Of a stretch of DNA of 64,000 bases, positions 44,530 to 54,884 are shown piece by piece. Within the stretch, counting starts at the first letter, position 1. Every line of letters starts with the position of its first letter. The position numbers were made by a program, and so were the translations under genes. The DNA comes from a virus. Taxonomy: Duplodnaviria > Heunggongvirae > Uroviricota > Caudoviricetes. The notes under the pieces are model-generated. The model made no database searches. It was not told the origin of the DNA and saw only the letters and a program-made list of their open reading frames with translations. The DNA lies in IMG/VR virus record IMGVR_UViG_3300028581_000022, positions 1 to 64,000 of that record, one strand, 5' to 3'.

Positions 44530-45248
44530 AATACAAAACAATAATCATATCAGACATACATTTGGGTTCTCAATATTCTAGGGCAAATGACGTTGTTGAT
44601 TTTTTAAAAAATAATAAGTGCGAAAAATTAATTTTGAATGGTGATATAGTTGATGGATGGGCTCTGAATATGGGTTCATCATGGAATGAACAACACATGA
44701 AATGTGCTAGAAAGTTATTAAAGATATCGCAAGACACAGAAGTTGTTTGGGTGATGGGTAATCATGATGATTTTTTAAATGAAATTATTCCTTTTAATAT
44801 TGGCAATGTTTTTATAAAAAAAGACTTAGAACATATTGGTGTTGATGGCAAAAGATATTTGGTTATACATGGTGATATATTTGACGTTTTTATAAGCGAT
44901 ATGAAATGGTTAGCTAAATTAGGTAGTATTGGGTATGATTTATGTTTATGGTTAAACAAATGGTATAACAAGTACCGTGAACGAAGGGGTTTGAAGTATT
45001 TTTCTTTGTCTAAAGTAATAAAAGACAGCGTTAAACAAGCGACAAAATATGTTGGTGATTTTGAAAATCATATGGTTTCATACGCAAAACAAAACGGATA
45101 TGATGGTGTAATATGTGGTCACATTCACAAGTCAGAAATTAGTGTTATTGATGGTATTTCTTACATGAATTCTGGCGATTGGGTGGAATCAAAAACAGCT
45201 TTGGTTGAGAAGTATAATGGTGAATGGTCTATAATTAATCACCATTAA
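44520..45248 (+). CDS. calcineurin-like metallophosphoesterase (LpxH-like)
   Basis: ISDIHLG, LNGDIVDGW, MGNHD, VIHGDIFD, ICGHIH metallophosphatase motifs. Confidence 0.7.
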   Translation: MVMKYKTIIISDIHLGSQYSRANDVVDFLKNNKCEKLILNGDIVDGWALNMGSSWNEQHMKCARKLLKISQDTEVVWVMGNHDDFLNEIIPFNIGNVFIKKDLEHIGVDGKRYLVIHGDIFDVFISDMKWLAKLGSIGYDLCLWLNKWYNKYRERRGLKYFSLSKVIKDSVKQATKYVGDFENHMVSYAKQNGYDGVICGHIHKSEISVIDGISYMNSGDWVESKTALVEKYNGEWSIINHH

Positions 45249-45298
45249 ATTTGGAGATGTTATTTTTATTTTGTACCTTTGCCATAAAGTAAAAATAA

Positions 45299-45688
45299 AT
45301 GGCAACTATTTTAGACAAAGACATAACTAGGGAAACCACGGTAAAGGTTGATGACCGTGAGATTCAGATTACATTAACTGAAAGGCAGACCATATTCATG
45401 AAGTTAAAGGGATTGAAGACTGGTGGTTTGGAGGTTGGTATAGTGGATTTATTCAATCAATTAAAGGGTGGTGATGTAAAATCTGAACCAGTTAAGGAGG
45501 TTGAGCAGAGCAGGTACAAAGGAGGTGTTGATTTGTCTAGTTACAAGGGTGACGATAGATTTTTAATATCTTTGCATGATATAAGGAGTTATGTATTGGT
45601 TAAGGATATAGATTTTGATGTCAAGATTAAATTTGAAAGGATTTTGGTTGATTTGATTAATGAACGAAAACAAAGAAATAAAGTATGA
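45299..45688 (+). CDS. hypothetical protein
   Basis: 129 aa. Confidence 0.45.
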   Translation: MATILDKDITRETTVKVDDREIQITLTERQTIFMKLKGLKTGGLEVGIVDLFNQLKGGDVKSEPVKEVEQSRYKGGVDLSSYKGDDRFLISLHDIRSYVLVKDIDFDVKIKFERILVDLINERKQRNKV

Positions 45689-46023
45689 TAGAAAATTCAA
45701 CACTTAGAGTTGGTGGTAATAGCATCATGGTTATGTTTGGAAAAACACTGGCAAACATTGGAAAAACTTTTTTGACTAAGGGTGAAGATATTATTACCAA
45801 AAACAAGACCAAAATGGTGACGAATCCTACTGCTAAATTATTCAATCCATTTACGTTGGTTATTAGTTTTACTGTTGACACCAATCAAAAGTACCAGATT
45901 GTAATACAAGGTGATTACAAGGAAAAGTACAAAGACAGCGAAGATGGGGTGATAAATTTGACTGACGAAGAAATGTTTAGAATCATAAACGTTTCAGTTG
46001 GTAGTTGGTACAAGAAAGAGTAA
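45685..46023 (+). CDS. hypothetical protein
   Basis: 112 aa, 4-nt overlap with previous. Confidence 0.45.
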   Translation: MIENSTLRVGGNSIMVMFGKTLANIGKTFLTKGEDIITKNKTKMVTNPTAKLFNPFTLVISFTVDTNQKYQIVIQGDYKEKYKDSEDGVINLTDEEMFRIINVSVGSWYKKE

Positions 46024-46025
46024 GA

Positions 46026-46619
46026 TTACTGTTTATTCTTTGGCGGTCTTTTATTAATTTTTTTCTTAACCTTTGGTTTTGAGCGTTTTCTTTTTTTCTT
46101 GAATTTTTTGACTTCAAAAATTCTAGTTGTTGTATTTTTTAACTTTATATTGTAAGGTTCTTCAGCTAGTATTGATATGTCTAGACCCCATTGATGATTT
46201 GACCTTTCTTTGTGGATTTCAAATGATTCAAGAATATGAAGTTCAACTTGTTGTTGGGTCCATTTATTGACTTTCATAAGTTGTGCGTAGACTTGTTTAT
46301 GTTTGCCTATGGCTATTGCTCTACCTATGTGTTTAACTTGGTGGCATGTTGGGCATAGTGAAATAAGGCCGACCAGTTTTTGTATTTTATTTTCGTCATC
46401 GTATTCCCATATTTCGTGACATTCTACATTATGGTTATATCCTTGTTTTTTTCCAGTATCACCGCAAATTTCGCATTTATTGTTTGCTTGTTCATATGAT
46501 ATAAAACGGATTTTATCCCAATCTTTTTTTGTTACTGTTGTTCTAACGTTACTATAATGGCACGTTTTTGGGACTAGTTCTATTAAAAGTTTTGGTTTTT
46601 TACTATACTTTGTAGACAT
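46026..46619 (-). CDS. HNH nuclease-like protein with Lys-rich tail
   Basis: CEICGDTGKK..NVECHEIWEY..ISLCPTCHQVKH zinc-finger/HNH pattern; C-terminal KKFKKKRKRSKPKVKKKINKRPPKNKQ. Confidence 0.45.
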   Translation of the reverse strand: MSTKYSKKPKLLIELVPKTCHYSNVRTTVTKKDWDKIRFISYEQANNKCEICGDTGKKQGYNHNVECHEIWEYDDENKIQKLVGLISLCPTCHQVKHIGRAIAIGKHKQVYAQLMKVNKWTQQQVELHILESFEIHKERSNHQWGLDISILAEEPYNIKLKNTTTRIFEVKKFKKKRKRSKPKVKKKINKRPPKNKQ

Positions 46620-47055
46620 TAAAAAAATGTTTAAAATCTTTTCGGTTAATTAAATAACCTTTTGTTTCGCTATTTACATCACCAGCATCTATAAATATTT
46701 GAAAGTTATTTTGAGAGATAAGGGTTTTTAGTTTTTCACTTTTAATGAACCATAGTTCTTTAAGGTAGATAAAATATGTTACAAACCAATCTGACTGTGT
46801 GACACTTATTCCAGAAGGGTGGTTTCTGCATTCAAATTCGACAAAAATATTTCCAGTATCAAATAATGGCGCACATTTAAAATCTGTCTTTATTTCGTAG
46901 CTAATTTCTTTATTATTTTTATGCATTATCAAATCATACTTATTGTCGTCATTTGACGACACAAAGGTTAAACCTTTTTTCTCCAGAAATGTTTTGATTT
47001 CTATTTCACCAGTTTTAGATAGGTGTAAGTCTTTTTTAAAATTAAAGTTTGCCAT
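46603..47055 (-). CDS. hypothetical protein
   Basis: 150 aa, overlaps downstream HNH gene by 17 nt. Confidence 0.45.
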   Translation of the reverse strand: MANFNFKKDLHLSKTGEIEIKTFLEKKGLTFVSSNDDNKYDLIMHKNNKEISYEIKTDFKCAPLFDTGNIFVEFECRNHPSGISVTQSDWFVTYFIYLKELWFIKSEKLKTLISQNNFQIFIDAGDVNSETKGYLINRKDFKHFFNVYKV

Positions 47056-47111
47056 AAAACAAATATACTGGTTTTTTTTTAAAAAATAAAGATATTTATA
47101 GTTAAAAAGAT

Positions 47112-47567
47112 ATGAGAATAAGAATTACTGAAAGTCAACTAGAAAGGATTAAATCTAGATTAACTGAGGGCTCATCAGACAAATACAACAAAGATGTAAC
47201 CATCAAATTTAACGCATACGGTGGTGTAAAGTTTAATGGTATGGAAATCAACGATATATCACGTATTACAGCTCGTTTATTTTATACCATAGAAATTGAA
47301 GCAAGAAGTTGGGGTATAAAAGACATATCATTATACAGTATTGAAGGTCCAGAGGAATTGGAGACTGAAATTGAATTTTACCTAGATGACAACAACACAA
47401 AAATTCAACCAATTACTTTTAAGATAGATTGGGATAACGTTGAATTAGAAACAGAACGTGGTTCTGGTATTATTTCAATTGACAATGATGTTGAAGTCGA
47501 TTTAGCCAATGATAATCAAGGTAATTTGGTCGTTAAAACAGTTACAGTAATTGTTCACACTTTATAA
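47112..47567 (+). CDS. hypothetical protein
   Basis: 151 aa. Confidence 0.45.
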   Translation: MRIRITESQLERIKSRLTEGSSDKYNKDVTIKFNAYGGVKFNGMEINDISRITARLFYTIEIEARSWGIKDISLYSIEGPEELETEIEFYLDDNNTKIQPITFKIDWDNVELETERGSGIISIDNDVEVDLANDNQGNLVVKTVTVIVHTL

Positions 47568-47622
47568 TCCAAAAAATTTGATAAATTAAAAAAAAATTCA
47601 TACCTTTGCAAAAAAAACAGGT

Positions 47623-48207
47623 ATGAAAAAATATTTCAGTTTAATTAGTTTAGTTTTACTGTTAGGGTTGGTTTCTTGTGAAAAAGAACTTTTACCTAGT
47701 GAGGAATATCCATTTAAAGAACCACAATTTGACAGTATTACTGGTTTGAGTATGTGGGGTAAATTTTTGGTTGTTGATGGTGTTATGTATGTTGACAACA
47801 AAGAAACTGGAGAAAGAAAGGTTTACAGGCATTTTGTGAATGGGAAAGATTCATCAAGTTTAAGGTGGGGTGGTCCTATGTTTGACATTGAAACCATCAT
47901 AAAAAATTACACAACATATTCTTTTTACAAACCAATAAATTTTCCAGGATACGGTGATTTTATTCTAAATGGAGATTCAACCAAGCAGTATGCTGTTTAT
48001 CATGTTGGTTTTTATCACACTATAATTGAAGACCCAGTATATGGTCAATCATTGATGGGTGGTTCTGCTAGACCTTTTAGTGGTCAAACAATAAGTGAGG
48101 AAGACAGTTTGGTTGCTCTTCAGATACAGGAGGTGGAGGGTAGTATTGATGGGTATAATTGCCGTTATTGGACACAACTTACTTTGAAGAAAATTGAGTC
48201 GTGGTAA
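47623..48207 (+). CDS. lipoprotein
   Basis: MKKYFSLISLVLLLGLVSC lipoprotein signal with lipobox; TACCTTTGCA box at 47600-47610. Confidence 0.6.
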   Translation: MKKYFSLISLVLLLGLVSCEKELLPSEEYPFKEPQFDSITGLSMWGKFLVVDGVMYVDNKETGERKVYRHFVNGKDSSSLRWGGPMFDIETIIKNYTTYSFYKPINFPGYGDFILNGDSTKQYAVYHVGFYHTIIEDPVYGQSLMGGSARPFSGQTISEEDSLVALQIQEVEGSIDGYNCRYWTQLTLKKIESW

Positions 48208-48501
48208 TTAGGGTTTAAACGGCAAGAATTCATCCAATATTGGTACAAGTACTGTGTCTTCGTAGTTAAAAACAATTTTTAGTGATTCTAGTAGTTTATA
48301 TTTTAGTGATTGGGAATTATTTTCGCCAAGTATGAAAACACTACCATCGTCTAAAATCATCGCACGTCTAAATCTCATATTGTGCTTTATTCTGGACACT
48401 GGATAATTTGATTCTAAAAATTTTTTAATTAGCTTTTTATCTATATTAGTACTCATATTCATAAATATTCGATTAATTACATGAAAAAATTTGACAATCA
48501 T
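48208..48501 (-). CDS. hypothetical protein
   Basis: 97 aa. Confidence 0.35.
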   Translation of the reverse strand: MIVKFFHVINRIFMNMSTNIDKKLIKKFLESNYPVSRIKHNMRFRRAMILDDGSVFILGENNSQSLKYKLLESLKIVFNYEDTVLVPILDEFLPFKP

Positions 48502-48795
48502 GTTTATATGTTAATTTGTGAAGTAACTTTGAAGCTTTACAAAGAAACAAATTGCATGTCGCATTCAAGTTATTGTAGGTTAATGTCGGCTTCTTTAAAA
48601 GACGGTGTATTATCCAAAAAAGAGATTAAACACATTTCTATTATTTCTGATGTCTTAGGGAATGTTTTTTCTTTTAGTGACGAAGAATGTGGTGAATATA
48701 TTTCAGCATACTTTTTTCTAGAAAAATATGAGAAGTTTGAAGAGCCTGTCAGATTGGTTCAAGAGTTTTTTCCAAACTGTGGAGAGGTTATTTAA
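48481..48795 (+). CDS. hypothetical protein
   Basis: 104 aa. Confidence 0.35.
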   Translation: MKKFDNHVYMLICEVTLKLYKETNCMSHSSYCRLMSASLKDGVLSKKEIKHISIISDVLGNVFSFSDEECGEYISAYFFLEKYEKFEEPVRLVQEFFPNCGEVI

Positions 48796-49043
48796 TAGAT
48801 TGATTTCACCTTTATTTCACCTTTTTGATACCTTTTTCTTTTGTTTTCCAAGAATCCTTCAACAGTTGCTTTTATTATTGCATCACTCATCGCTGGATAA
48901 AATATTATATTTATTGCGTCTATGACAGTTGTAAGGGCTCTTTTATTGCTTCTTACGTTGCCACAAACGTACAAATAAATAACCAAATGTTCATTAGGGT
49001 ATTCACTATCTAAATATTTCCAAATAATTTCTGAATCAGACAT
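48792..49043 (-). CDS. hypothetical protein
   Basis: 83 aa. Confidence 0.35.
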   Translation of the reverse strand: MSDSEIIWKYLDSEYPNEHLVIYLYVCGNVRSNKRALTTVIDAINIIFYPAMSDAIIKATVEGFLENKRKRYQKGEIKVKSIY

Positions 49044-49103
49044 TGATTATTACAAAATTGTTTTGTATATTTATAACTATAACAAAAAATAAAAATTAAG
49101 TAA

Positions 49104-49427
49104 ATGGCATTAGAAGTAACAGACAACACATTAGAAAGTGTTTTAAACGAAAAAGAAGTAACCGTATTAGATTTTTGGGCACCATGGTGCGGTCCATGTA
49201 GGTTGTTAGGCCCAGTAATTGATGAAATATCTAATAAATTCAAAGACAACGAAAAAATCAACATTGTTAAAGTTAATGTTGATGAGAATTCTGAGGCCGC
49301 TGTTAAATATGGTATTAGGGGTATTCCAACGGTAATCTTTATCAAAAACGGTGAAATTGTTGAGAGGTTTAGCGGTTTTAAACCAAAGAACGAGATTGAA
49401 GATAAGATAAACAATATCTTATTATAA
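49104..49427 (+). CDS. trxA: thioredoxin
   Basis: VLDFWAPWCGPCRLLGPVIDEI (WCGPC active site) and full thioredoxin-fold length (107 aa). Confidence 0.9.
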   Translation: MALEVTDNTLESVLNEKEVTVLDFWAPWCGPCRLLGPVIDEISNKFKDNEKINIVKVNVDENSEAAVKYGIRGIPTVIFIKNGEIVERFSGFKPKNEIEDKINNILL

Positions 49428-49431
49428 TCAA

Positions 49432-49455
49432 GGGCTCATATGAGCCCTTTTTTAT
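49432..49455 (+). terminator. intrinsic terminator
   Basis: GGGCTCATATGAGCCC + T5. Confidence 0.6.
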
Positions 49456-49476
49456 TGTGAATAGATATTTATTATT

Positions 49477-49815
49477 ATGAAAAAGAAAATTATAATAACA
49501 GAGGGACAGTTTAATCGTTTAAAACAAAATTTGAATGAAAGCGCCCATTCAAGCATGGTTAAGAGGATGAAAGAAGAGTTAGACATGAATTATGAAGCGG
49601 TTCAAAAATTTGTTCGTGAGGGTGGTGAGTATTACGAAACACCAATGATTGAGGTTAAGGCTGATGGTGAGGTTATTTCTCCCAAATCATTGTATGAATA
49701 TATGAAATATAAATACAATATGGGTGAAGAGTTTACAAAACAAGTTATTAAAGATTGGGTTTTTGGGAACATTACAAATAGTTATCAATTAACAAAAAAT
49801 GTGACTATGAATTAG
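49477..49815 (+). CDS. hypothetical protein
   Basis: 112 aa. Confidence 0.45.
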   Translation: MKKKIIITEGQFNRLKQNLNESAHSSMVKRMKEELDMNYEAVQKFVREGGEYYETPMIEVKADGEVISPKSLYEYMKYKYNMGEEFTKQVIKDWVFGNITNSYQLTKNVTMN

Positions 49816-49819
49816 AGTT

Positions 49820-50140
49820 ATGGATTTAAAAGTTAAAATAAGGCAAGTTCTTAATGAACAATATGGTGGGTTTAAGAGTGATTTAGAACATGAATACGAG
49901 ATTAAACTTACTGAAAACCTTATGACCAAATCCATTAAAAAAAGAAAAGTTTGGGCTACATATAATCAAATTATTTTAGAGCTTAAACATTCAATAAAGA
50001 ATATGTTAAAAGTTAAAGAAATACAATACAAGTTAACTGAAGAAAATAGTACAAATGATTCAATTATTGAAAGCATGGAAGACTTGAAAACATTTACACC
50101 AGAGTTAGAAAGGTTATATTACAAGATAAAAAATTTTTAG
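49820..50140 (+). CDS. hypothetical protein
   Basis: 106 aa. Confidence 0.45.
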   Translation: MDLKVKIRQVLNEQYGGFKSDLEHEYEIKLTENLMTKSIKKRKVWATYNQIILELKHSIKNMLKVKEIQYKLTEENSTNDSIIESMEDLKTFTPELERLYYKIKNF

Positions 50141-50141
50141 A

Positions 50142-51167
50142 GTGAATCATTTTAAGGTTAGTTATGTTACTACTTTACCAAAAGAAGGAAACGCACCTAG
50201 AGTTACTATTTTTGGGGATGAACTTAAAAAATACAAAGTATGTTTTTATGAACTTAATCGTGGGTTGGTAACTTCTGGTTTTTGTGAAACAAATCAAACA
50301 ATAATCGGAAAAACAAAACAATGGTTTACTGAGTGGATAATCATAATCGAAGATGAGAATGGTGTTCCAGCATTTCATGAGTATTTTAATCCAAAAGGTA
50401 AAAAGGTTTTTATTAAAATGGATTCGTATGCTTTAGGTGATAATATTGCTTGGATGCCATATGTTGAAGAATTTAGGAAAAAACATGAATGTACTGTTAT
50501 TTGTTCCACTTTTTATAATAATTTGTTTATTGATTCATATCCAGAAATAATATTTGCAAAACCAAATACACAAATTGATAATGTTTATGTGCAGTATTAC
50601 ATTGGTGCCAGCGATGATGATAACCCATATTATTCTCCAGTTAAATTTAGCAAAGTTCCGTTACAAATAGTCGCTACTGATATATTGGGGTTGGATAGGC
50701 ATGAAATAAGACCAGATTTGAGTATATTATGTAAACATTTACATCCAAAGATAGATGGGGATTATGTTACTTTATCTGAATATGGTAGTTCAGATATCAA
50801 AAAATGGAAAGCAGAAGATGGTTGGCAAAAGGTGGTTGATTATTTAACTTCTACAGGTATTAAAGTTTTGGTTATTTCAAAAGAACCAACAAACTTAAAA
50901 AATGTTATTGATGCGACTGGTGATGTACCTTTGGAAAATAGGGTATTAGACATTTATCACGCAAAGGCACATTTGGGGGTTAGTTCTGGGTTAAGTTGGT
51001 TGGCATGGGCAGTTGGTACACACGTAGTTATGATTAGTGATTTTACACCTAAATGGCATGAATTTCAGACAAATATAAGCAGATTTTGTGCTAGTGATTT
51101 AGATAGCATAAATTATTCGGTTGATACTCAGACAAAAATAGAAGATGTTATTCAAAAGTTTGGTTAA
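50142..51167 (+). CDS. GT9-family (heptosyltransferase-like) glycosyltransferase
   Basis: C-terminal LGVSSGLSWLAWAVGTHVVMISDFT resembles the DSGxMHLAAAxGxPxVxLFGPT block of GT9; domain starts near Met 50421 (KMDSYALGDNIAWMP); upstream part uses GTG start, so true start uncertain. Confidence 0.45.
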   Translation: MNHFKVSYVTTLPKEGNAPRVTIFGDELKKYKVCFYELNRGLVTSGFCETNQTIIGKTKQWFTEWIIIIEDENGVPAFHEYFNPKGKKVFIKMDSYALGDNIAWMPYVEEFRKKHECTVICSTFYNNLFIDSYPEIIFAKPNTQIDNVYVQYYIGASDDDNPYYSPVKFSKVPLQIVATDILGLDRHEIRPDLSILCKHLHPKIDGDYVTLSEYGSSDIKKWKAEDGWQKVVDYLTSTGIKVLVISKEPTNLKNVIDATGDVPLENRVLDIYHAKAHLGVSSGLSWLAWAVGTHVVMISDFTPKWHEFQTNISRFCASDLDSINYSVDTQTKIEDVIQKFG

Positions 51168-51222
51168 TTGGGACTTTGAAGATATTTATAGTTAAATAAC
51201 AATTCTATTTTAAAATACGCTT

Positions 51223-51564
51223 ATGAGGGATTTTAATTTGTTATTATCACCCATAAAAGGTAAAAAGTCTACACTAGATAAAGCGTACCAACAGCATGTG
51301 GTTAATATCATAAAAACATTGAGTGACGAGGAGGAAGCTAGGTGGGAAATTTATAGTGTTATATTTCAACAGCTTATGAATTATGACCAAACTGATACCA
51401 TAAAAGAGATAAAGTACAGATTAACAGATGGTGAGAATCCTAATGTTGTTTTTCTTGATGTTTTAGAAAGAGATTCTGATAATTTTGACAGTTTGACTTG
51501 GTTTTTGAAGCGTAGGATTGAGGAATATTTGGATGAAGATTTGATGAAAAGATTTCTTCCATAG
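51223..51564 (+). CDS. hypothetical protein
   Basis: 113 aa. Confidence 0.45.
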   Translation: MRDFNLLLSPIKGKKSTLDKAYQQHVVNIIKTLSDEEEARWEIYSVIFQQLMNYDQTDTIKEIKYRLTDGENPNVVFLDVLERDSDNFDSLTWFLKRRIEEYLDEDLMKRFLP

Positions 51565-51610
51565 TCTTGTCTTGTTTAAATTATTTTAGTATCATTGTTT
51601 AAAATATGTT

Positions 51611-53023
51611 ATGAAAGAAGCAACAGTAACAGATAGGTTAACTTTTTTGGCTGAACAGTTTGATGTTTTTGAAAACATTGGTTCTGAAACCACTAATTTA
51701 ATGTTAAAAAATCTTTTAGATTTAGGGTTTCAAGGGGTTCCAATTTTAACAAATACTGGAGAACTTATTGCTATTGATTCTACGAAATTTAATGAAAAGG
51801 GTAGAAAGCTAAAAAAGATTAGTGTTATTTCAAATGTTTTTGCGGATATGGTTATGGCTGACCCAACAGAAAACAAGATGTATTTGCAGTGGATGTTAAA
51901 CACTTTCGCCAGATACATAAAGGCTGGTAGTGAGAAGGATATTGCACAAGCTTCTAGATTTGTTACTGAAGATTTACCTCAAGCTAACACTTATCTAGTT
52001 ATGTTTGAAGACAACAAGCGTAAAAAGAAGTTTAAAGAGTTGTGTTCTGTTAGCTATAGTCTTAAACACATAAACGACCCTACTAATATCAATCAGTATA
52101 AGTCATTGGCTCAATTGTTTGATGCTGTAGACCCATTTATTGAAAGGGAACCTAGTGCTGTAGAAAGAACAATAAATAAATTTGTTGAATCTGGCCAAGC
52201 TGAAATACCAGTAAAAGATAGGAAATTTACATTGTTTATTCCAAAGACAACTGCGGCAAATGTTATATTTGATAAATTTGCTAACTGGTGTACTGCAAAA
52301 GAAGGTAATGGAATGTTTAAAAACTACACTCAAAACTATAAAAAACCTAACGGCAAAAACTCAGATATTTATATCATAATAAACAATAAATTCTTCTCAA
52401 AAGAATCGGATGAATTGTTTCAAATACACTTTGAAACGGGTCAATTGAAGGACAGAAGAAACGCTCAGAACGTTGGAATTTATGAAAATGTTTTAGTGGA
52501 AAGTGAAGGCTTGAGCAATTTCTTTTACGAAGAATTAATGGGAATGGCAAAAGAATACAAAAAAGGGTTAGATACAAACAAATATTTAGATTTTCTAATA
52601 AAGTTTGGGTTTGCTGAAAGTTTATTTGAAATGTATGACGAGAACGTACCAACAATAAAAATCATGAAAAGAGAAGTACCAAAACTACCTGATATGAGCA
52701 AATTTAAAACGTTAGACCAGCTTATTATAACTGGCGCTGGCTTGGTTGATTTGCATCCATCTGTGGGTGATTTAACAAATCTTGAGATGTTGGTATTGAC
52801 GGATAACAAGATAAAAAAATTACCTAGTGAGATTGGGAAACTTAAAAACCTTGTTTTTTTAAACCTGACTGGAAATCGAATTACTGAAATACCGTCTGAA
52901 ATTTCTTATTTAGACAAAAGCAATGGTGGTTCGTTACACAGACTAGGCGTAAGAGAGCAAGACATAGGGGCTGAAAATTACAGTAAATTAAAAAGTTTGT
53001 TACCGCAAACTTTAATAAACTAA
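51611..53023 (+). CDS. leucine-rich-repeat protein (N-terminal unknown domain + C-terminal LRRs)
   Basis: LDQLIITGAGLVDLHPSVGDLTNLEMLVLTDNKIKKLPSEIGKLKNLVFLNLTGNRITEIPSEISYL = consecutive LxxLxLxxNxI repeats. Confidence 0.6.
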   Translation: MKEATVTDRLTFLAEQFDVFENIGSETTNLMLKNLLDLGFQGVPILTNTGELIAIDSTKFNEKGRKLKKISVISNVFADMVMADPTENKMYLQWMLNTFARYIKAGSEKDIAQASRFVTEDLPQANTYLVMFEDNKRKKKFKELCSVSYSLKHINDPTNINQYKSLAQLFDAVDPFIEREPSAVERTINKFVESGQAEIPVKDRKFTLFIPKTTAANVIFDKFANWCTAKEGNGMFKNYTQNYKKPNGKNSDIYIIINNKFFSKESDELFQIHFETGQLKDRRNAQNVGIYENVLVESEGLSNFFYEELMGMAKEYKKGLDTNKYLDFLIKFGFAESLFEMYDENVPTIKIMKREVPKLPDMSKFKTLDQLIITGAGLVDLHPSVGDLTNLEMLVLTDNKIKKLPSEIGKLKNLVFLNLTGNRITEIPSEISYLDKSNGGSLHRLGVREQDIGAENYSKLKSLLPQTLIN

Positions 53024-53028
53024 ATTAA

Positions 53029-53056
53029 GCCCCAGAAAATTTCTGGGGTTTTTTAT
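53029..53056 (+). terminator. intrinsic terminator
   Basis: CCCCAGAAAATTTCTGGGG + T6. Confidence 0.6.
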
Positions 53057-53085
53057 TTAATAACGAATTTTAAAAACAAAAAAAA

Positions 53086-53595
53086 ATGAAATGGAAAAGA
53101 AATGATGAGGTAATAAAAATACCTATTGTGGATTACTTAAGCGAGCTTTTTGACAAAGAGCTTGAGAAAGGTTACACTTTAAAAGTATCGATTGGGACTG
53201 ACTCTCAAAAGGCTAGCAAAGGAGCTTATAAGTTTGCAACAGTTATACTTATAAGAATGTTTGAAGATTTAGGCGGTGGAGTTACTGTTGGTCGTGGTGG
53301 TATGGTGATTTCTTCAACTTATTACAATGATTTTAAAGCTAAGAACAAAGAATTGGTAAATGAAAGAATGGTATTTGAAGTTAGCAAATCAATTGAGGTT
53401 GCTTATGCGATAGCTCCTTTATTGGACTTATATGAAATTCCATTAGAGGTTCACGCTGATATAAATCCAAACCCAAGTTATGAGTCTAATAAAGCTTTAC
53501 AACAAGCCGTTGGTTATATATTAGGTATGGGTTATAACTTTAAAGTTAAACCAGATGCGTATGCAGCTTCAAATGCAGCCGACAATAAATGTTAA
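53086..53595 (+). CDS. hypothetical protein (possibly RNase-H-like fold)
   Basis: 169 aa; VSIGTDSQ and GGGV motifs vaguely reminiscent of YkuK/DUF458; weak. Confidence 0.4.
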   Translation: MKWKRNDEVIKIPIVDYLSELFDKELEKGYTLKVSIGTDSQKASKGAYKFATVILIRMFEDLGGGVTVGRGGMVISSTYYNDFKAKNKELVNERMVFEVSKSIEVAYAIAPLLDLYEIPLEVHADINPNPSYESNKALQQAVGYILGMGYNFKVKPDAYAASNAADNKC

Positions 53596-53883
53596 CTTGT
53601 AATTTATTAAAAAAAAGTAGTATGTTTGTAAAAAATTTAAAAATGAACAGGTACGCTCTTAAAAATAGTATTGGTGAGACAATATCTTACACAATGGCTA
53701 ATTCACTTATTGAAGCTCAAGAATATTTTACCGAGGTAAAAAAACTTAGTCTAAATCAATTGGTTTAAATATTTACTATAGTAGAGGTTAGCCAAGCTTA
53801 AAAGATTTTTAAGTTATTGGTATCTTTTTACCAAAGTTAACATATTTATTAGTAAGAATAAGATTTTATAAAACCTTAAGCAA

Positions 53884-54096
53884 ATGTCAAAAGTAACAAA
53901 AAAAACAGTAAGAATCAAAGAAAGTGAATTAGTTGATTTAATTGACAATATCGTTAATGAAGCCGTTACAGTTAAAAAACAAGAGTGGATTAGCGAACAA
54001 GCTAAAAAACAGATAGATAAAACGACTGTATTAGAAAGCAAAATCGCTAAGTTAGAGTCCGCTGTTAAGTCTTTAACTGAAAGCAAAAAGAAGTAA
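53884..54096 (+). CDS. hypothetical coiled-coil protein
   Basis: 70 aa, Lys/Glu-rich. Confidence 0.4.
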   Translation: MSKVTKKTVRIKESELVDLIDNIVNEAVTVKKQEWISEQAKKQIDKTTVLESKIAKLESAVKSLTESKKK

Positions 54097-54118
54097 TTAT
54101 ACTGCCAAAAATATTAAT

Positions 54119-54157
54119 GGCTAGGCATCTTTTCAGAATGTCTAGCTATTTTTTTGT
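54119..54157 (+). terminator. intrinsic terminator
   Basis: CTAGGCAT..ATGTCTAG hairpin + CTATTTTTTT. Confidence 0.45.
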
Positions 54158-54194
54158 ATTTACTTGTCGCAAATTTATTCTATTTTTGTGACAT

Positions 54195-54884
54195 ATGGAA
54201 AAATTAATAGAAAAATTAGAAAGAGAATCGATTCCTTTGACATCTAGTGTTGAGAAGGATGAATTTATTTCTGCAAGTGAAAAATCGTTTGATTGTTTAT
54301 TTGACGGTACTTCTAAATTTTATCCATGGAAATTTCCAACTAAAATACCCGAAAAGTTTAAAATAGGTGTTATTGTTGGTAGTAGTGGTAGTGGTAAAAC
54401 TACGATGTTAAAACATTTTGGTATCGAAGAAAAACCCATTTGGGGCTTAAATAAGGCTGTTATATCACATTTTGATTCTCCAGATGATGGAATCAACAGA
54501 CTTAGTTCAGTAGGTTTTAATTCTATACCTTCATGGTATAAACCATATTCTGTTTTATCAAACGGTGAAAAATTCAGGGCTGATTTAGCTCGTAAAATTA
54601 AATCAAACGCTGTTATTGATGAATATACTAGTGTTGTTGATAGAAACGTGGCTAAAGCGGCCAGTGTAGCATTATCTCGTTATATAAAGACGAATGACAT
54701 TGAGAACGTTGTTTTATCAACATGCCATTACGATATTTTAAATTGGATAGAACCAGATTGGGTGCTTAACACAGACACTGGTGAATTGCTTAACGGTTTT
54801 TTTTTGTCCGAAAACCAATCATTATCAAAATATATCGCACAAACTATGATACTTGGCGAATGTTTAAAGACCATCACTATTTAG
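54195..54884 (+). CDS. P-loop NTPase with ABC-type signature-like motif
   Basis: GVIVGSSGSGKTTML (Walker A), LSNGEKFRADLARKI (ABC signature-like), AVIDEYTSVVD (Walker B). Confidence 0.55.
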   Translation: MEKLIEKLERESIPLTSSVEKDEFISASEKSFDCLFDGTSKFYPWKFPTKIPEKFKIGVIVGSSGSGKTTMLKHFGIEEKPIWGLNKAVISHFDSPDDGINRLSSVGFNSIPSWYKPYSVLSNGEKFRADLARKIKSNAVIDEYTSVVDRNVAKAASVALSRYIKTNDIENVVLSTCHYDILNWIEPDWVLNTDTGELLNGFFLSENQSLSKYIAQTMILGECLKTITI